From Candidatus Eiseniibacteriota bacterium (GTDB taxonomy: Bacteria; Eisenbacteria; RBG-16-71-46; SZUA-252), in NCBI GenBank assembly GCA_963703225.1, contig OY969801.1, forward strand, positions 2,880,001 through 2,944,000: DNA of 64,000 nt, in the 5' to 3' direction. Shown in pieces: positions 50,348 to 60,508 of this stretch; within the stretch, counting starts at the first letter, position 1; each line of letters opens with the position of its first letter. The notes below the pieces were generated by a model. The model worked only from the letters and a program-made list of their open reading frames with translations. It ran no database searches and was not told the DNA's origin. Position numbers and translations under genes: made by a program.

Positions 50348-50421
50348 TCCCTGTCTGAACGATGATACCACGCCCGGATCGAGGCGCGCCGGCCGATCCA
50401 TCTGCTTGCGAATCTTAGATT

Positions 50422-50503
50422 TGGAGGGGGAAGGATTCGAACCTTCGAAGGCTAAGCCGGCAGATTTACAGTCTGCTCCCTTTGACCGCTCGGGAACCCC
50501 TCC
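50422..50503 (-). tRNA. tRNA-Tyr (GTA), CCA not encoded
   Basis: GGAGGGG...CTGTAAA, long variable arm, ...CCCCTCC-A followed by AAT. Confidence 0.95.
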
Positions 50504-50530
50504 GGCAATCGTCATCGGTCGATTTTGGCT

Positions 50531-50606
50531 TGGAGCTGGCGAAGGGACTCGAACCCCCAACCGCCTCATTACAAATGAGATGCTCTACCAATTGAGCTAC
50601 GCCAGC
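50531..50606 (-). tRNA. tRNA-Thr (TGT)
   Basis: GCTGGCG...TTTGTAA...CGCCAGCTCCA. Confidence 0.96.
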
Positions 50607-50662
50607 CGAGTCGAGATCAACATGCGAAGTTCCAGGGCCTCCCCAGCCATTCGCCGCGGCGC

Positions 50663-50692
50663 AGTGTACGTTCGCCGCGCGGCCCTAGTCAA
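50663..50692 (-). promoter_or_regulatory. candidate sigma70 promoter for the Thr-Tyr-Gly tRNA cluster
   Basis: TTGACT-N18-TACACT. Confidence 0.65.
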
Positions 50693-50694
50693 CG

Positions 50695-52821
50695 TCAGGA
50701 GCGTGTGGGGTCGGGGCTCGTGGGGCGAAGCGAAGAGAGAAGCGAGGAGACCGAAACCTGCGAGTCCCGAGGATCGCCGCCGGGGGCGTCGTTGAAGCGC
50801 GTGAGCGTGAAGTGGAACTTGCTGCCGCGGCCCAGCTCGCTCTCGGCCCAAATTCTTCCTCGGTGCGCCTCGATGATTCCCTTGCAGATCGCCAGGCCGA
50901 GACCGGTCCCTCCCTGCTCGCGGGTTTCCGATTCCTCGACCTGGTAGAACTTTCCGAAGATCCGCTCCAGGTCCTCGGTGGCGATTCCCTTGCCCTGATC
51001 GCTCACGGTGACCTCGTACTCGGCCGCGTGCTCGCGGACGTCGATCGAGACCTTTCCCCCCGGCTTGGAAAACTTGATCGCGTTGGAGAGCAGGTTGTCC
51101 AGGACCTGGGTGATCCGGTTCGCGTCGGCGAGCACCATGGCGGGGATGGACGGGAGCTTCGCCTCCAGCTCGATGCCGCGCCCGCCCGGGATCTGAGGCA
51201 TCCAGTGGAGGCACTTCTCGATCAGATCGTTGAGCGAGGTGGGCAAGAACTGGATGGAGAGGACCCCGGCTTCGATCCGTGAGACGTCGAGGATGTCGCG
51301 CACCAGCCCGATCAACCGCTCGACCGACTCCTGGCAGAACGCCATCATCTGCATCTGGTCGGTGGTGTAGGTGAATTGCGGCGTGTTCATCAATATATCC
51401 AGCGAGCTCTTCATCACCGTGAGCGGCGTCCGCATCTCGTGCGACGCGATCGAGAGGAATTCGCTCTTGGATCGGTCCAGCGCCCTTATCTGGTCGAAGT
51501 TTCGCGCGTTGCTCACCGCCGCGGAGACCTGGGCCCCGAAGAGCGAAGCGACCGAAATCGAATCGTCGTGGAACGTGGAGCGGTCGCCCAGCGCCAGGAG
51601 CACTCCCAGAGGCTCGTCGCTCACGCGCAGCGGCGTCGCCAGCGCGCATTCGCCCGGTCGGGACTCGAGGCACGTGAGCCCCGCCGCCCGAAACTCGGCA
51701 CGGGTGAGGATCCGCGTCTCGCCTCCGAGCACGTGCGACAGGCTGTCGAGCGGCGACTCCCATGAGGAGAGATCGGCCTGGCCCGGGCCCGACCGGGCCC
51801 AGAGGCGAATGGTCGACTCCCGGCGCCTCGAGGCGCCCGCGATCCCCTCGGTCCCGCCGCAGATGGCGTGCAGCCCCTTCGCCGCCACCTCCAGCATCTG
51901 CGACAGGTCCAACGTGGAGGCCGCCTCCGAGCCCAGCCGGTGCAGGTTGTGGAGCCGGGATTGCTGCGCGTGGTTTCGGGTCTGGGAATCTTCCAGGCTC
52001 TGCGCCATGTGATTGAAGGCCGCGGCCAGGGCGCCCAGCTCGTTCTTCCGGGGATCGGCGGCGACGCGCGTGCTCAGGTTCCCCTTGGCGATCGCCTCGA
52101 CGCCCTTCAGCAAGTCCTCGATCGGCCGCGTCACCCACCTCGACACGAACGTGCTGGCCATGACGCTGGCGACCAGCCCGAGCAGAAAGACGCCGACGGA
52201 GACGTACCAGAGGAGCCGCGCTTCCGAGATGAGGGAGGAGGCGCTCAGCTCGACCACCACCAGCCCGACCGATTTCCCTCCGACGGTGCGAATCGGCGAC
52301 ACCGCGACGACGCGAGCCATGTCCGGCCGGGTGATGTCGAGAATCTCGGCGTTCGTCCCCGACATGCCGCGGACGATCAGATTGGGCGGAACGCTCGTCG
52401 GGGGCGGCGATCCGATCGGGAGTCGGCCGCGGCGCAGCTCCACCTCGTCGCGGACCGGCGCCGAGCCGCCCATGTCGACGACCACGCCCCAGGTCCCCAG
52501 CTGACCCAGCGGCGCCAGCGTGAAGAGATGGTAGATCGAAGGATTCGCGCGCCTGAGGGCGCCCAGATTGGTGACGATCGTGCGGAAGCCGGCCGTGTTC
52601 ATGTCGGCCGGCGTCCGGATCAGCTCATGGTCTTCGACCGCGATGAGCGACGCGGCGGTCTCGGCGGCGGTGGTCGCCGTGCCGAGGATTTGACGTCTGA
52701 GAGCAGCCTGTCCGTTCTGGAAAAGGAGGATGGTCGCGAGAACGAGGAACGCGCTTCCCACGGAGAGGAAGAGAATCTGTAGCTCGCTCTTGAGCGAGCG
52801 CGGACCTTCGAAGAGAGACAT
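50695..52821 (-). CDS. membrane sensor histidine kinase (sensor-HAMP-GAF-HisKA-HATPase)
   Basis: 2 TM helices, HAMP (ELGALAAAFNHMA), H-box ASHEMRTPL, N-box NLLSNAIKF, GGTGLGL. Confidence 0.95.
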   Translation of the reverse strand: MSLFEGPRSLKSELQILFLSVGSAFLVLATILLFQNGQAALRRQILGTATTAAETAASLIAVEDHELIRTPADMNTAGFRTIVTNLGALRRANPSIYHLFTLAPLGQLGTWGVVVDMGGSAPVRDEVELRRGRLPIGSPPPTSVPPNLIVRGMSGTNAEILDITRPDMARVVAVSPIRTVGGKSVGLVVVELSASSLISEARLLWYVSVGVFLLGLVASVMASTFVSRWVTRPIEDLLKGVEAIAKGNLSTRVAADPRKNELGALAAAFNHMAQSLEDSQTRNHAQQSRLHNLHRLGSEAASTLDLSQMLEVAAKGLHAICGGTEGIAGASRRRESTIRLWARSGPGQADLSSWESPLDSLSHVLGGETRILTRAEFRAAGLTCLESRPGECALATPLRVSDEPLGVLLALGDRSTFHDDSISVASLFGAQVSAAVSNARNFDQIRALDRSKSEFLSIASHEMRTPLTVMKSSLDILMNTPQFTYTTDQMQMMAFCQESVERLIGLVRDILDVSRIEAGVLSIQFLPTSLNDLIEKCLHWMPQIPGGRGIELEAKLPSIPAMVLADANRITQVLDNLLSNAIKFSKPGGKVSIDVREHAAEYEVTVSDQGKGIATEDLERIFGKFYQVEESETREQGGTGLGLAICKGIIEAHRGRIWAESELGRGSKFHFTLTRFNDAPGGDPRDSQVSVSSLLSSLRPTSPDPTRS

Positions 52822-52850
52822 CGGGCGGCGGCTTGAAACCCCTTCATGGG

Positions 52851-54275
52851 TTAGACCTTACGCCGCGCGCGCGTCCCCTCCTTGGAGTCCTCGAGGACGT
52901 AGCCCAGCGCCGAGATTTCGTCCCTCAGTTCATCGGCCCGCTTCCACTTCTTCTGGACCCTGGACTCATCTCGTTGCCGCACAAGGGATTGGACTGCTTC
53001 CGGGACCTCCTCTTCGGGCGCCCCGCCACCCCAGAAGAGTCCGATCACGGAGCCGAGCGCGCGGAGCTTCCGCCCGGCGTAACCGATCGCGGAGGCATTG
53101 GCCGCCGCTGGTTGGGGAGAATCGGCGGCGCGATTGATCGCCTTGGCGATCTCGAACAGGTGTCCCTGCGCCTTCGCCGTGTTGAAGTCGTCCTCGATCG
53201 ATTCTTCGAATTGGGCCGCGAGGTCGTCGATCTCCGCCACGAGCGGCGAGCGCTGCGCCGGCGCGGTGCCGTCCTCGCCCAGGTCTCCACCCGACCCCGC
53301 GGTCGCGAGCGCTTCCTTCAACCGCGCGTACGCGATCCCCGCTTCTCGAAGTCGATCCTCGTTCCACTCGATGGGGCTCCGGTAGTGCGTCGATTGGAGA
53401 TAGAACCGGATGGCCTCCGCGTCGAAATCGCGCGCCGCTTCTTCGATCGAGTAGAAGTGGCGCGACGATTTGGACATCTTCTCGCCGCCGAGGTTCACCA
53501 GGCCGTTCTCCACCCAGTGGCGCGCGAGCGGCTTGCCGGTCGCCGCCTCCGACTGCGCGATTTCGTTCTCGTGGTGTGGGAAGAGCAGGTCCTGCCCGCC
53601 GCCGTGGAAATCAAACGACTCGCCCAGATACTTCATGGCCATCGCGGAGCACTCGATGTGCCATCCGGGTCGGCCGGGTCCCCAGGGGCTGGGCCACGAA
53701 GGCTCGCCCGGCTTCACGCCTTTCCAGAGCGTGAAGTCGAGCGGATCCCGCTTCGACTCTCCCACCTCGATTCGAACGCCGGCCCGCATGTCATCCACGT
53801 TGCGTCCCGAGAGCTCGCCGTAGCGCGGATAGCGCCTCACTTCGTAGTAGACGTCCCCGCCCGCCGCGTAGGCGTACTGGGCGTCGATGAGCCTGCCGAT
53901 GAGGGCGATGATTTCGGGAATGTGCTCCGTCGCCCGCGGGTAATGGGTCGCGGGCTTGATGTTCAGGAGCTTGGAGTAGCGGAGGAACGCGTCGATGTTC
54001 CTCTGCGAGACCTGCTCGAACGGGATTCCTTCCTCGATCCCGCGCGCGATGATCCGGTCGTCGATGTCCGTGAAGTTGGTCACGTAGGTGACCTCGTAGC
54101 CTTTCCACTCCAGGACGCGGCGGATCACGTCGCCCGAAACGGCGTAGCGCATGTGACCCACGTGCGGCTTGTCCTGGACGGTCATGCCGCAGACGTACAT
54201 CCCCGCGTGGCCGGGCCGGACAGGCTCGAACGGGAACTTGGCGCGGCGGCGCATGTCGTAGGCGCGAAGGCTCAC
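52851..54275 (-). CDS. cysS: cysteine--tRNA ligase
   Basis: YVCG..HVGH, GRPGWHIECSAM, FPHHENE, KMSKS. Confidence 0.98.
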   Translation of the reverse strand: MSLRAYDMRRRAKFPFEPVRPGHAGMYVCGMTVQDKPHVGHMRYAVSGDVIRRVLEWKGYEVTYVTNFTDIDDRIIARGIEEGIPFEQVSQRNIDAFLRYSKLLNIKPATHYPRATEHIPEIIALIGRLIDAQYAYAAGGDVYYEVRRYPRYGELSGRNVDDMRAGVRIEVGESKRDPLDFTLWKGVKPGEPSWPSPWGPGRPGWHIECSAMAMKYLGESFDFHGGGQDLLFPHHENEIAQSEAATGKPLARHWVENGLVNLGGEKMSKSSRHFYSIEEAARDFDAEAIRFYLQSTHYRSPIEWNEDRLREAGIAYARLKEALATAGSGGDLGEDGTAPAQRSPLVAEIDDLAAQFEESIEDDFNTAKAQGHLFEIAKAINRAADSPQPAAANASAIGYAGRKLRALGSVIGLFWGGGAPEEEVPEAVQSLVRQRDESRVQKKWKRADELRDEISALGYVLEDSKEGTRARRKV

Positions 54276-55171
54276 GTGGCTTCCTCCCGCGCGGGGGCCG
54301 GCGCGGGGGCCGGCGCGGGGGCCGGCGCGGCGGGCTGGGTGTCCAGCCCCGCGGCCGTGTGGATCGAGATTCCCTCCGCGCGCAGGCGCTCGAGGATCGC
54401 GAGGCGGAGCGCCCGCGCCACCGCGAGCCGCTGCTCGGGCACCGTCTTCGCTTGAATGAGGATCGTGAACTGCCCCGCGCCCACGTCGTCGATGCCGAGG
54501 AGCCGCGGGCCCTCGAGCAGGTTCGCCTTGACCTTGGGATCGTCGCGGAACCCGGCGAGGAGCGACTCGATCACTTCCAGGACCCTGTCGGGGTCCTCGA
54601 CCAGGCTCACGGGGACGCGCACGATGGGGGTGGACCAGCTCTTGGTGAGGTTGGTCACGACTTTGATCTCACCGTTGGGGATGAAGTGAATGAACCCCTC
54701 GGCGTCCCGAAGCTCGGTGTGCCGGAGCGAGAGCATCTCGACCGTCCCGGAAACACCGGCGACGCGAATCACGTCCCCCACCGCGAACTGATTGTCATGG
54801 ATGATGAAGAAACCCGCGATCCAGTCGCGCACCAGTACCTGAGCCCCGAGCCCCGCCGCCACGCCGAACCCGCCCGCCGCGGCCAGCGCCGGCGTGATGT
54901 CGAGCCCCAGCTCCCGCACGCCCATCAGGAGCCCGATCACGACGATGGTAATGCGGGTGAAGCTGCGGAGAACATGGCCCACCGTCTTGGCGCGCATCTC
55001 GCGCGCGGTCTCGGTGCCCCGGTGCTCCTCGCGGATGGCGCGCTCGATCCGACCGATCAGCAGATAGGCCACCCGGATGGCGATGATGGTCCCGACCACG
55101 ACCAAGCCGAGACGGACGAGCAGATTGACGATATTGAACGCGTCCTGAGAGGCGGGGTGGAGCGGATTCAT
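54272..55171 (-). CDS. small-conductance mechanosensitive channel family protein
   Basis: GLGAQ..DWIAGFFI..QFAVGD..GTVE..IPNGEI. Confidence 0.92.
   Translation of the reverse strand: MNPLHPASQDAFNIVNLLVRLGLVVVGTIIAIRVAYLLIGRIERAIREEHRGTETAREMRAKTVGHVLRSFTRITIVVIGLLMGVRELGLDITPALAAAGGFGVAAGLGAQVLVRDWIAGFFIIHDNQFAVGDVIRVAGVSGTVEMLSLRHTELRDAEGFIHFIPNGEIKVVTNLTKSWSTPIVRVPVSLVEDPDRVLEVIESLLAGFRDDPKVKANLLEGPRLLGIDDVGAGQFTILIQAKTVPEQRLAVARALRLAILERLRAEGISIHTAAGLDTQPAAPAPAPAPAPAPAREEAT
54290..54330. repeat. 12-bp tandem repeat encoding the PAPA tail of the MscS protein
   Basis: gcgggggccggc x3. Confidence 0.8.
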
Positions 55172-55174
55172 GGC

Positions 55175-56221
55175 CTAGCGGGCGGCCCGAACCGGGGCGG
55201 ACTCCACGACGGCGCGGATCAGCTCCGCATAGCTCATCCCGGCGGCGGCGGCGGCCTTGGGGACCAGGCTCAGCTCGGTCAGCCCGGGTACCGTGTTCAC
55301 CTCGAGGCAATGCGGCACCCCGTCCTCTCCGAGGCGGAAGTCGACGCGGACCGCCCCTCGGCAGCGGAGCGCCCGGGACGCCTTGAGGCTCAGATCCAGA
55401 AGCCGATCGCGCATCGCGGTCGGGATGTCGGCGGGCACGATGTAGCGGGAAGCGCCCGCGGTGTATTTGTGCTCGTAGTCGTACCAGCCCTCCTCTGGAA
55501 TCACCTCCACGACCGGCAGAGCGAGGTCGTCGATCACGCCGACCGTCAGCTCCCGGCCGTCGACGAACGATTCGATGAGGACGAGGCGGCCATAGCGGCG
55601 CGCCAGGTCGAGCGCGGGGCGAAGATCGGACGCGCGCTGGACGAGCGTGATCCCGACGCTCGATCCTTCCTCGTTCGGCTTGACCACCACGGGAAAGCCT
55701 CCGAGGCGGTCGATCTCTTCCTGGCTCAGCTCGGGGCTCCACGGCGCGGCCGGATCCTCCGGCGCCCACCGCTCCGCCCACTCGGGCGTTGGAATTCCCT
55801 CGGCGCGGAATATCTTCTTCGACATCACCTTGTCCATCGCGAGCGCGGAGGAAAGCACGCCCGATCCCGTGTAGGGGATTCCGGCAAGGTCGAGGAGCGC
55901 CTGGAGCGTTCCGTTCTCGCCGTCGCCGCCGTGGAGCGCGATGAAGACCAGATCGGCGCCGCGGGGGATCGAGCGGACGTAGGAATCGAGGCCCTCCTGC
56001 CGTCGGATCGCCGGAAGATCCCCGCCACCCGAGCGCGGGGCGGCGGCGCCTGTCCCCAGCGCCATCGCGGCGTCGGCGTCCTTGAGGAGCTTCCCGGTTC
56101 CGGTATCGAGGAGCACGGTGTCGTGGCCCAGCGATTGAAGCGCGCGCGCCACGCCCGCTCCGCTCCGGAGCGAGACCTCCCGCTCGGAGGTCGTTCCGCC
56201 CATCAGGACGACGATCTTCAC
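55175..56221 (-). CDS. ddl: D-alanine--D-alanine ligase
   Basis: GGTTSEREVSL, LHGGDGENG, GSSVG, YDYEHKY, LEVNTVPG; GTG start overlaps the ispF stop. Confidence 0.96.
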   Translation of the reverse strand: MKIVVLMGGTTSEREVSLRSGAGVARALQSLGHDTVLLDTGTGKLLKDADAAMALGTGAAAPRSGGGDLPAIRRQEGLDSYVRSIPRGADLVFIALHGGDGENGTLQALLDLAGIPYTGSGVLSSALAMDKVMSKKIFRAEGIPTPEWAERWAPEDPAAPWSPELSQEEIDRLGGFPVVVKPNEEGSSVGITLVQRASDLRPALDLARRYGRLVLIESFVDGRELTVGVIDDLALPVVEVIPEEGWYDYEHKYTAGASRYIVPADIPTAMRDRLLDLSLKASRALRCRGAVRVDFRLGEDGVPHCLEVNTVPGLTELSLVPKAAAAAGMSYAELIRAVVESAPVRAAR

Positions 56222-56721
56222 GTTGCCTCCACCTCCATCAGGGCGACCGCCATCGCGGCGATCCCCTCCTCGCGCCCGAGCGCGCCCAGACCTTCGTTCG
56301 TCGTGGCCTTGACCGTGATCCGCTCCGGCGCCACACCCAACGCGCGCCCCAGATTCTCGCGCATCGCGGCGACGTGGGGCCCCACCCGCGGGGCCTCGGC
56401 GATCAACGTCGCGTCGACGTTGACCAGGCGCGCGTTTCGGCCGCGAAAGAGCGTTTGGATCTCTTCCAAGAGCACGAGGCTCGAGGCGCCGCGCCACCGC
56501 GCGTCGCTGTCGGGGAAGTGCGTCCCCAGATCGCCCAGCGCGAGCGCGCCCAGAAGCGCGTCCCCGATCGCGTGGGCCAGAACGTCTCCGTCCGAGTGAG
56601 CCTCCGGGCCGCGATCGTGCGCCAGCGAAACCCCTCCGAGCACCAGAGGAAGCCCGCGGCGGAGCCGGTGGACGTCATAGCCGATCCCGACGCGAAATTC
56701 CCGCGCTCGGCCGTCCATCAC
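56218..56721 (-). CDS. ispF: 2-C-methyl-D-erythritol 2,4-cyclodiphosphate synthase
   Basis: GYDVH, HSDGDVLAHA, VKATTNE. Confidence 0.97.
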   Translation of the reverse strand: MMDGRAREFRVGIGYDVHRLRRGLPLVLGGVSLAHDRGPEAHSDGDVLAHAIGDALLGALALGDLGTHFPDSDARWRGASSLVLLEEIQTLFRGRNARLVNVDATLIAEAPRVGPHVAAMRENLGRALGVAPERITVKATTNEGLGALGREEGIAAMAVALMEVEAT

Positions 56722-57434
56722 GAATCCCCTTCGGCGCGAAGATGCGATTCGAATGCGATGAGATCGGACGGATCGGTCAGCTTCAGATTTGAGGGGTCTC
56801 CAGGAACCACGGCCACCGGGAGGCCCGCCGATTCGACGAGCCAGGCGTCGTCGGTGGCGTTGGGTTCAATCGCCGCGCGCGCTTGAGCGTGCGCGAGTAT
56901 ATCACGCGTGAAAATCTGGGGAGTCTGCGCCGCCTGGAGGCGGTCCCGGGGGAGCGTGCGTACGATCCGGCCCCGCTCCACTTCCTTCACGGTGTCGCGG
57001 AGGGGGAGCGCCGGGATCGCGGCGCCCGTCTCCCGCGCGGCCTCGAGCACCCGCGTGACCAGCGCGGGCTTGACCAGCGCGCGCGCGACATCGTGGATTC
57101 CCACAAAGGCGAGCGGGCGCTCCAAGGCGCCGATTCCGGCCCGGACCGATTCCTGCCGGGTCTCCCCGCCGGCGACCACCGCGATCCGTACGCCGCGCGG
57201 GTTGGCGACGGCGTCCAGAATCAGCCTCGCCTGTGCGATGAGGTGCGCGGGCACGACGGCGACCAGCTCGCCCACCGCGGGGTGACTCAGGAATGTCGCC
57301 GCGGCGCGCGCGAGGAGCGTCGTTCCGCCGACTTCCAGGAGGAGCTTGGGCCCCATCCCACCCATCCGTCGGCCCTCGCCCCCCCCGGCGAGAACGATCG
57401 CGAGGTCGGGCCCGCCCGAGCCTTTGCCCTTCAC
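56718..57434 (-). CDS. ispD: 2-C-methyl-D-erythritol 4-phosphate cytidylyltransferase
   Basis: AGGGEGRRMG, GGETRQESV, IHDVAR, QTPQ, TDD. Confidence 0.95.
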   Translation of the reverse strand: MKGKGSGGPDLAIVLAGGGEGRRMGGMGPKLLLEVGGTTLLARAAATFLSHPAVGELVAVVPAHLIAQARLILDAVANPRGVRIAVVAGGETRQESVRAGIGALERPLAFVGIHDVARALVKPALVTRVLEAARETGAAIPALPLRDTVKEVERGRIVRTLPRDRLQAAQTPQIFTRDILAHAQARAAIEPNATDDAWLVESAGLPVAVVPGDPSNLKLTDPSDLIAFESHLRAEGDS

Positions 57435-58834
57435 GGCTCGTCGGAGCCGAAGACGCGCCCGATCGCCTCGGAGAGCGTCGCCGCGGGGATGATGCCCCTC
57501 TCTCCAGCCGTGGCCGAGCGCTTCGGGAGGATCGCCTGTCGGAATCCCAGCCGGCGCGCCTCGCTCACCCGCCGGTCGGCCTGCGGCACCGGACGAAGCT
57601 CGCCGCCCAGCCCCACCTCTCCGATCGCGACCAGATCGGGAGGAAGCGGGCGGTCGCGAAAGCTGGATGTGAGCGCGAGCGCGAGCCCCAGATCGGACGC
57701 GGGCTCTTCCAGTCGGATTCCGCCCGCGACGTTGACAAAGATGTCGGCGCCGGCCAGGGAGATCCCGGCGCGCTTTTCCAGTACCGCGATCACCACGGCG
57801 AGGCGTCGGGGGTCGATCCCGCGCGCCACGCGCTGCGGGTTGGCGAAATGGGTGGGCGCGACCAGGGCCTGCACTTCGACCAGGAGCGGGCGCGATCCCT
57901 CGATGGCGGCGACCACCGCCGAGCCGGGCACCGATTCCCCGCGGTCCCGTAGGAGACGCTCGGACGGGTTTTCCACCTCCGCCAGCCCGTCGCCGCGCAT
58001 CTCGAACACGCCGATCTCGTGCGTCGACCCGAACCGGTTCTTGGCCGCGCTCAGGATCCGGTACTCGTGGTCTCGGTCGCCTTCCAGGTAGATGACGGCG
58101 TCCACCATGTGCTCCAGCGTCCGCGGACCGGCCACCGCGCCGTCCTTGGTGACATGCCCGATGAGGAGGATCGGCATCCCCCGCTCCTTCGCGAGGCGCA
58201 GGAGTCGAAGCCCGCACTCCCGCACCTGGGAGACGCTCCCCGGCGCGGCATCGAGGGAGGCGAGGTAGACCGTCTGGATGGAATCGATCACGAGGAGCGA
58301 CGGGTTCAACCGCTCCACTTCCGCCACGATCGCGCCGAGATCGATCTCCGCGTGGATCCAGAGGCCGGCCTCGCCGCGCTGGAGCGCGAGCCGCTCCGCG
58401 CGCATCTTGGTCTGCCGCGGCGACTCTTCGCCGGAAACATAGAGCACCGACCGGCCCGCGCGGCCGAGCGCGGCCGCGAGCTGGAGCGCGAGCGTCGACT
58501 TGCCGATGCCCGGATCGCCGCCGATCAGGACCAGGGACCCAGGGACGAGCCCGCCGCCCAGGACCCGGTCCAGCTCGCCGATCCCGGAGCGCCAGCGGTC
58601 CTCGAGAGTCCCTTCGATTTCATCCAGCGGGAGCGGAGCCGCCGCGGCCGCACCGTAGCCAGCGCGCGGGGCGGCGGTCGCTTCGCGACGGCCTGGTCCT
58701 TCGCGGGCGCTGTTCCAGGCCGAGCAGTGCGGGCAGCGCCCAAACCACTTGGGGCTCTCGTTCCCGCACTCGGCGCAGAGAAATACGGTCTTCGCCTCCC
58801 GAGCGGCGCCCGAGGAGCGTTCCTTGCGTGGCAT
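57431..58834 (-). CDS. radA: DNA repair protein RadA/Sms
   Basis: CAEC..CPHC, GGDPGIGKST, KNRFG. Confidence 0.98.
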   Translation of the reverse strand: MPRKERSSGAAREAKTVFLCAECGNESPKWFGRCPHCSAWNSAREGPGRREATAAPRAGYGAAAAAPLPLDEIEGTLEDRWRSGIGELDRVLGGGLVPGSLVLIGGDPGIGKSTLALQLAAALGRAGRSVLYVSGEESPRQTKMRAERLALQRGEAGLWIHAEIDLGAIVAEVERLNPSLLVIDSIQTVYLASLDAAPGSVSQVRECGLRLLRLAKERGMPILLIGHVTKDGAVAGPRTLEHMVDAVIYLEGDRDHEYRILSAAKNRFGSTHEIGVFEMRGDGLAEVENPSERLLRDRGESVPGSAVVAAIEGSRPLLVEVQALVAPTHFANPQRVARGIDPRRLAVVIAVLEKRAGISLAGADIFVNVAGGIRLEEPASDLGLALALTSSFRDRPLPPDLVAIGEVGLGGELRPVPQADRRVSEARRLGFRQAILPKRSATAGERGIIPAATLSEAIGRVFGSDEP

Positions 58835-58839
58835 GGGGA

Positions 58840-59739
58840 CTAGAATACGCTGAGCTTGAGGTACTTCTTGGGGTTTTTCTGGATGTCCTTGACGAGCTGA
58901 TTGGTGTTCTTGAGGGTCTCGCGCAGCTCGATGTAGAGCGTCGAGTCGGAAATCACCTTCCCCAGCGAGCCCTCGTTCTGGTCGACCTTCGTCACGATCC
59001 GGTCGAGCGCGGTCGCGGTCGTCGAGAGCTGATCGGAGAGGGCGGCCAGCTTTCGCGATGCGGTGCCGAAGTCGCGGACCGAGGATGTGACCTGCTCCGA
59101 GTTGGAGCTGGCGAGCTGGTGGAGCTCGCGCGCCGCCTCGCGAAAGTCGACGACCGTCTGGCGCAGGTCGGCGCGGTTTTCATCGAGGGTTTCGGTCAGG
59201 CTCGCGGTGGCCTTCTCGATGTTCTTGGAAGCGCGCTCGACGGTCGCGGGGTCTAGGGAGTCCAGCATCACGTTGAGCCGCGAGGAAAGCTCGGTCGCCT
59301 CGATGAGGAGGTCGCCCGCGCCCGAGATCACCTCGGGGACGCCCGACTGGAATCGTCCCGGAATCGGCTTCGAGCGGTTGAACGTGCCCGGAGCCGAGCC
59401 GGGATCGAGCGCGAGGAATTTCTCCCCCATGAACCCGATGTTCGCCACGCGAAGCTCGACGTCCGGGTGGAGGACGACGCTTCGGTCGATCTCAAACTCC
59501 ACCCGCACGCCCTGGTCCTCCAGGTGGATCTGGGTCACCATCCCCTTCTTCACGCCGCGCACCGCGACGGGATCCCCGACCGAGAGATTCCCCACCTCCT
59601 CGAAGCGCGCCGAGAAGTACGTCTTCCGCTTTCCCAGCCGATATTCCTTGATCCACGCGATCCCCACGAACAGGAGCACGATGGAGAGGAGGCCGGCGAA
59701 CCCCACCTGGATCGCGGCGCGACGCGATGTCCGGTTCAT
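58840..59739 (-). CDS. mlaD: MCE/MlaD family protein
   Basis: N-terminal TM helix, NLSVGDPVAVRGVKKG, GFMGEKFLALDPG, coiled-coil tail ending NPKKY. Confidence 0.9.
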   Translation of the reverse strand: MNRTSRRAAIQVGFAGLLSIVLLFVGIAWIKEYRLGKRKTYFSARFEEVGNLSVGDPVAVRGVKKGMVTQIHLEDQGVRVEFEIDRSVVLHPDVELRVANIGFMGEKFLALDPGSAPGTFNRSKPIPGRFQSGVPEVISGAGDLLIEATELSSRLNVMLDSLDPATVERASKNIEKATASLTETLDENRADLRQTVVDFREAARELHQLASSNSEQVTSSVRDFGTASRKLAALSDQLSTTATALDRIVTKVDQNEGSLGKVISDSTLYIELRETLKNTNQLVKDIQKNPKKYLKLSVF

Positions 59740-59749
59740 CGTCGGTCCT

Positions 59750-60508
59750 CTAGGTGGGAAGGAGGGGGCCTTCGGAGCTCCCCTCGATGAACTGTCGCAA
59801 CGCGGGATCCCGCGTGGCTTGAATCTCCGCCGGCGTTCCGACGGCGTGGATGCGGCCCTCATGAAGCATCGCGACTCGGTCGCCGATGTGGTAGGCGCTA
59901 CGCATGTCGTGCGTCACCGCGATCGAGGTCATCCCCAGCCTTTCTTGGAGGCGGCGGATCAGGCGATTGACGACGTCGGCCGTGATCGGGTCGAGCCCCG
60001 TCGTCGGCTCGTCGTAGAGCATGATCTTGGGGTTCAGCGCGATCGCCCTCGCGAGCGCGGCGCGCTTCTTCATCCCGCCGCTCAGGCTGGAGGGGCGGAG
60101 GCTCTCGGTGCCGGCGAGGCCGACCAGGGCCAGCTTCTCGGACACGATCATCTCGATCTGATTTTCGGGCATGGGGGTCCGCTCGCGGAGCGCGAGCCCC
60201 ACGTTGTCCCCGACGGTCATCGAATCGAAGAGCGCCCCGGCCTGAAAGAGCATCCCCATCTGCTCCCGTAATGTGAGCAGCTCCGCCTCGCTGAGCGAGG
60301 CCACGTCGACCCCGTTCACCCGTACCGTCCCCTTGTCGGCGGCGAGAAGCCCGATCACGTGCTTGAGGAGAACGGACTTACCGCTTCCGCTCCGCCCGAT
60401 GACCACCAGGCACTCGCCCCTCGGTACGGAAAGATCGACACCTCGGAGCACATCTTTCGCGCCCAGGCGCTTCCAGACGCCGGCGAACTGGATGGCGGAA
60501 TCAGGCAA
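59750..60508 (-). CDS. mlaF: Mla/MCE ABC transporter ATPase
   Basis: GRSGSGKS, LSGGMKKR, YDEPTTGLDP. Confidence 0.93.
   Translation of the reverse strand: MPDSAIQFAGVWKRLGAKDVLRGVDLSVPRGECLVVIGRSGSGKSVLLKHVIGLLAADKGTVRVNGVDVASLSEAELLTLREQMGMLFQAGALFDSMTVGDNVGLALRERTPMPENQIEMIVSEKLALVGLAGTESLRPSSLSGGMKKRAALARAIALNPKIMLYDEPTTGLDPITADVVNRLIRRLQERLGMTSIAVTHDMRSAYHIGDRVAMLHEGRIHAVGTPAEIQATRDPALRQFIEGSSEGPLLPT

Noticed and set aside
55175..56221. Ddl as a Van-type D-Ala-D-Lac ligase
   Set aside because: Omega-loop YDYEHKY and housekeeping context fit ordinary Ddl; no van genes
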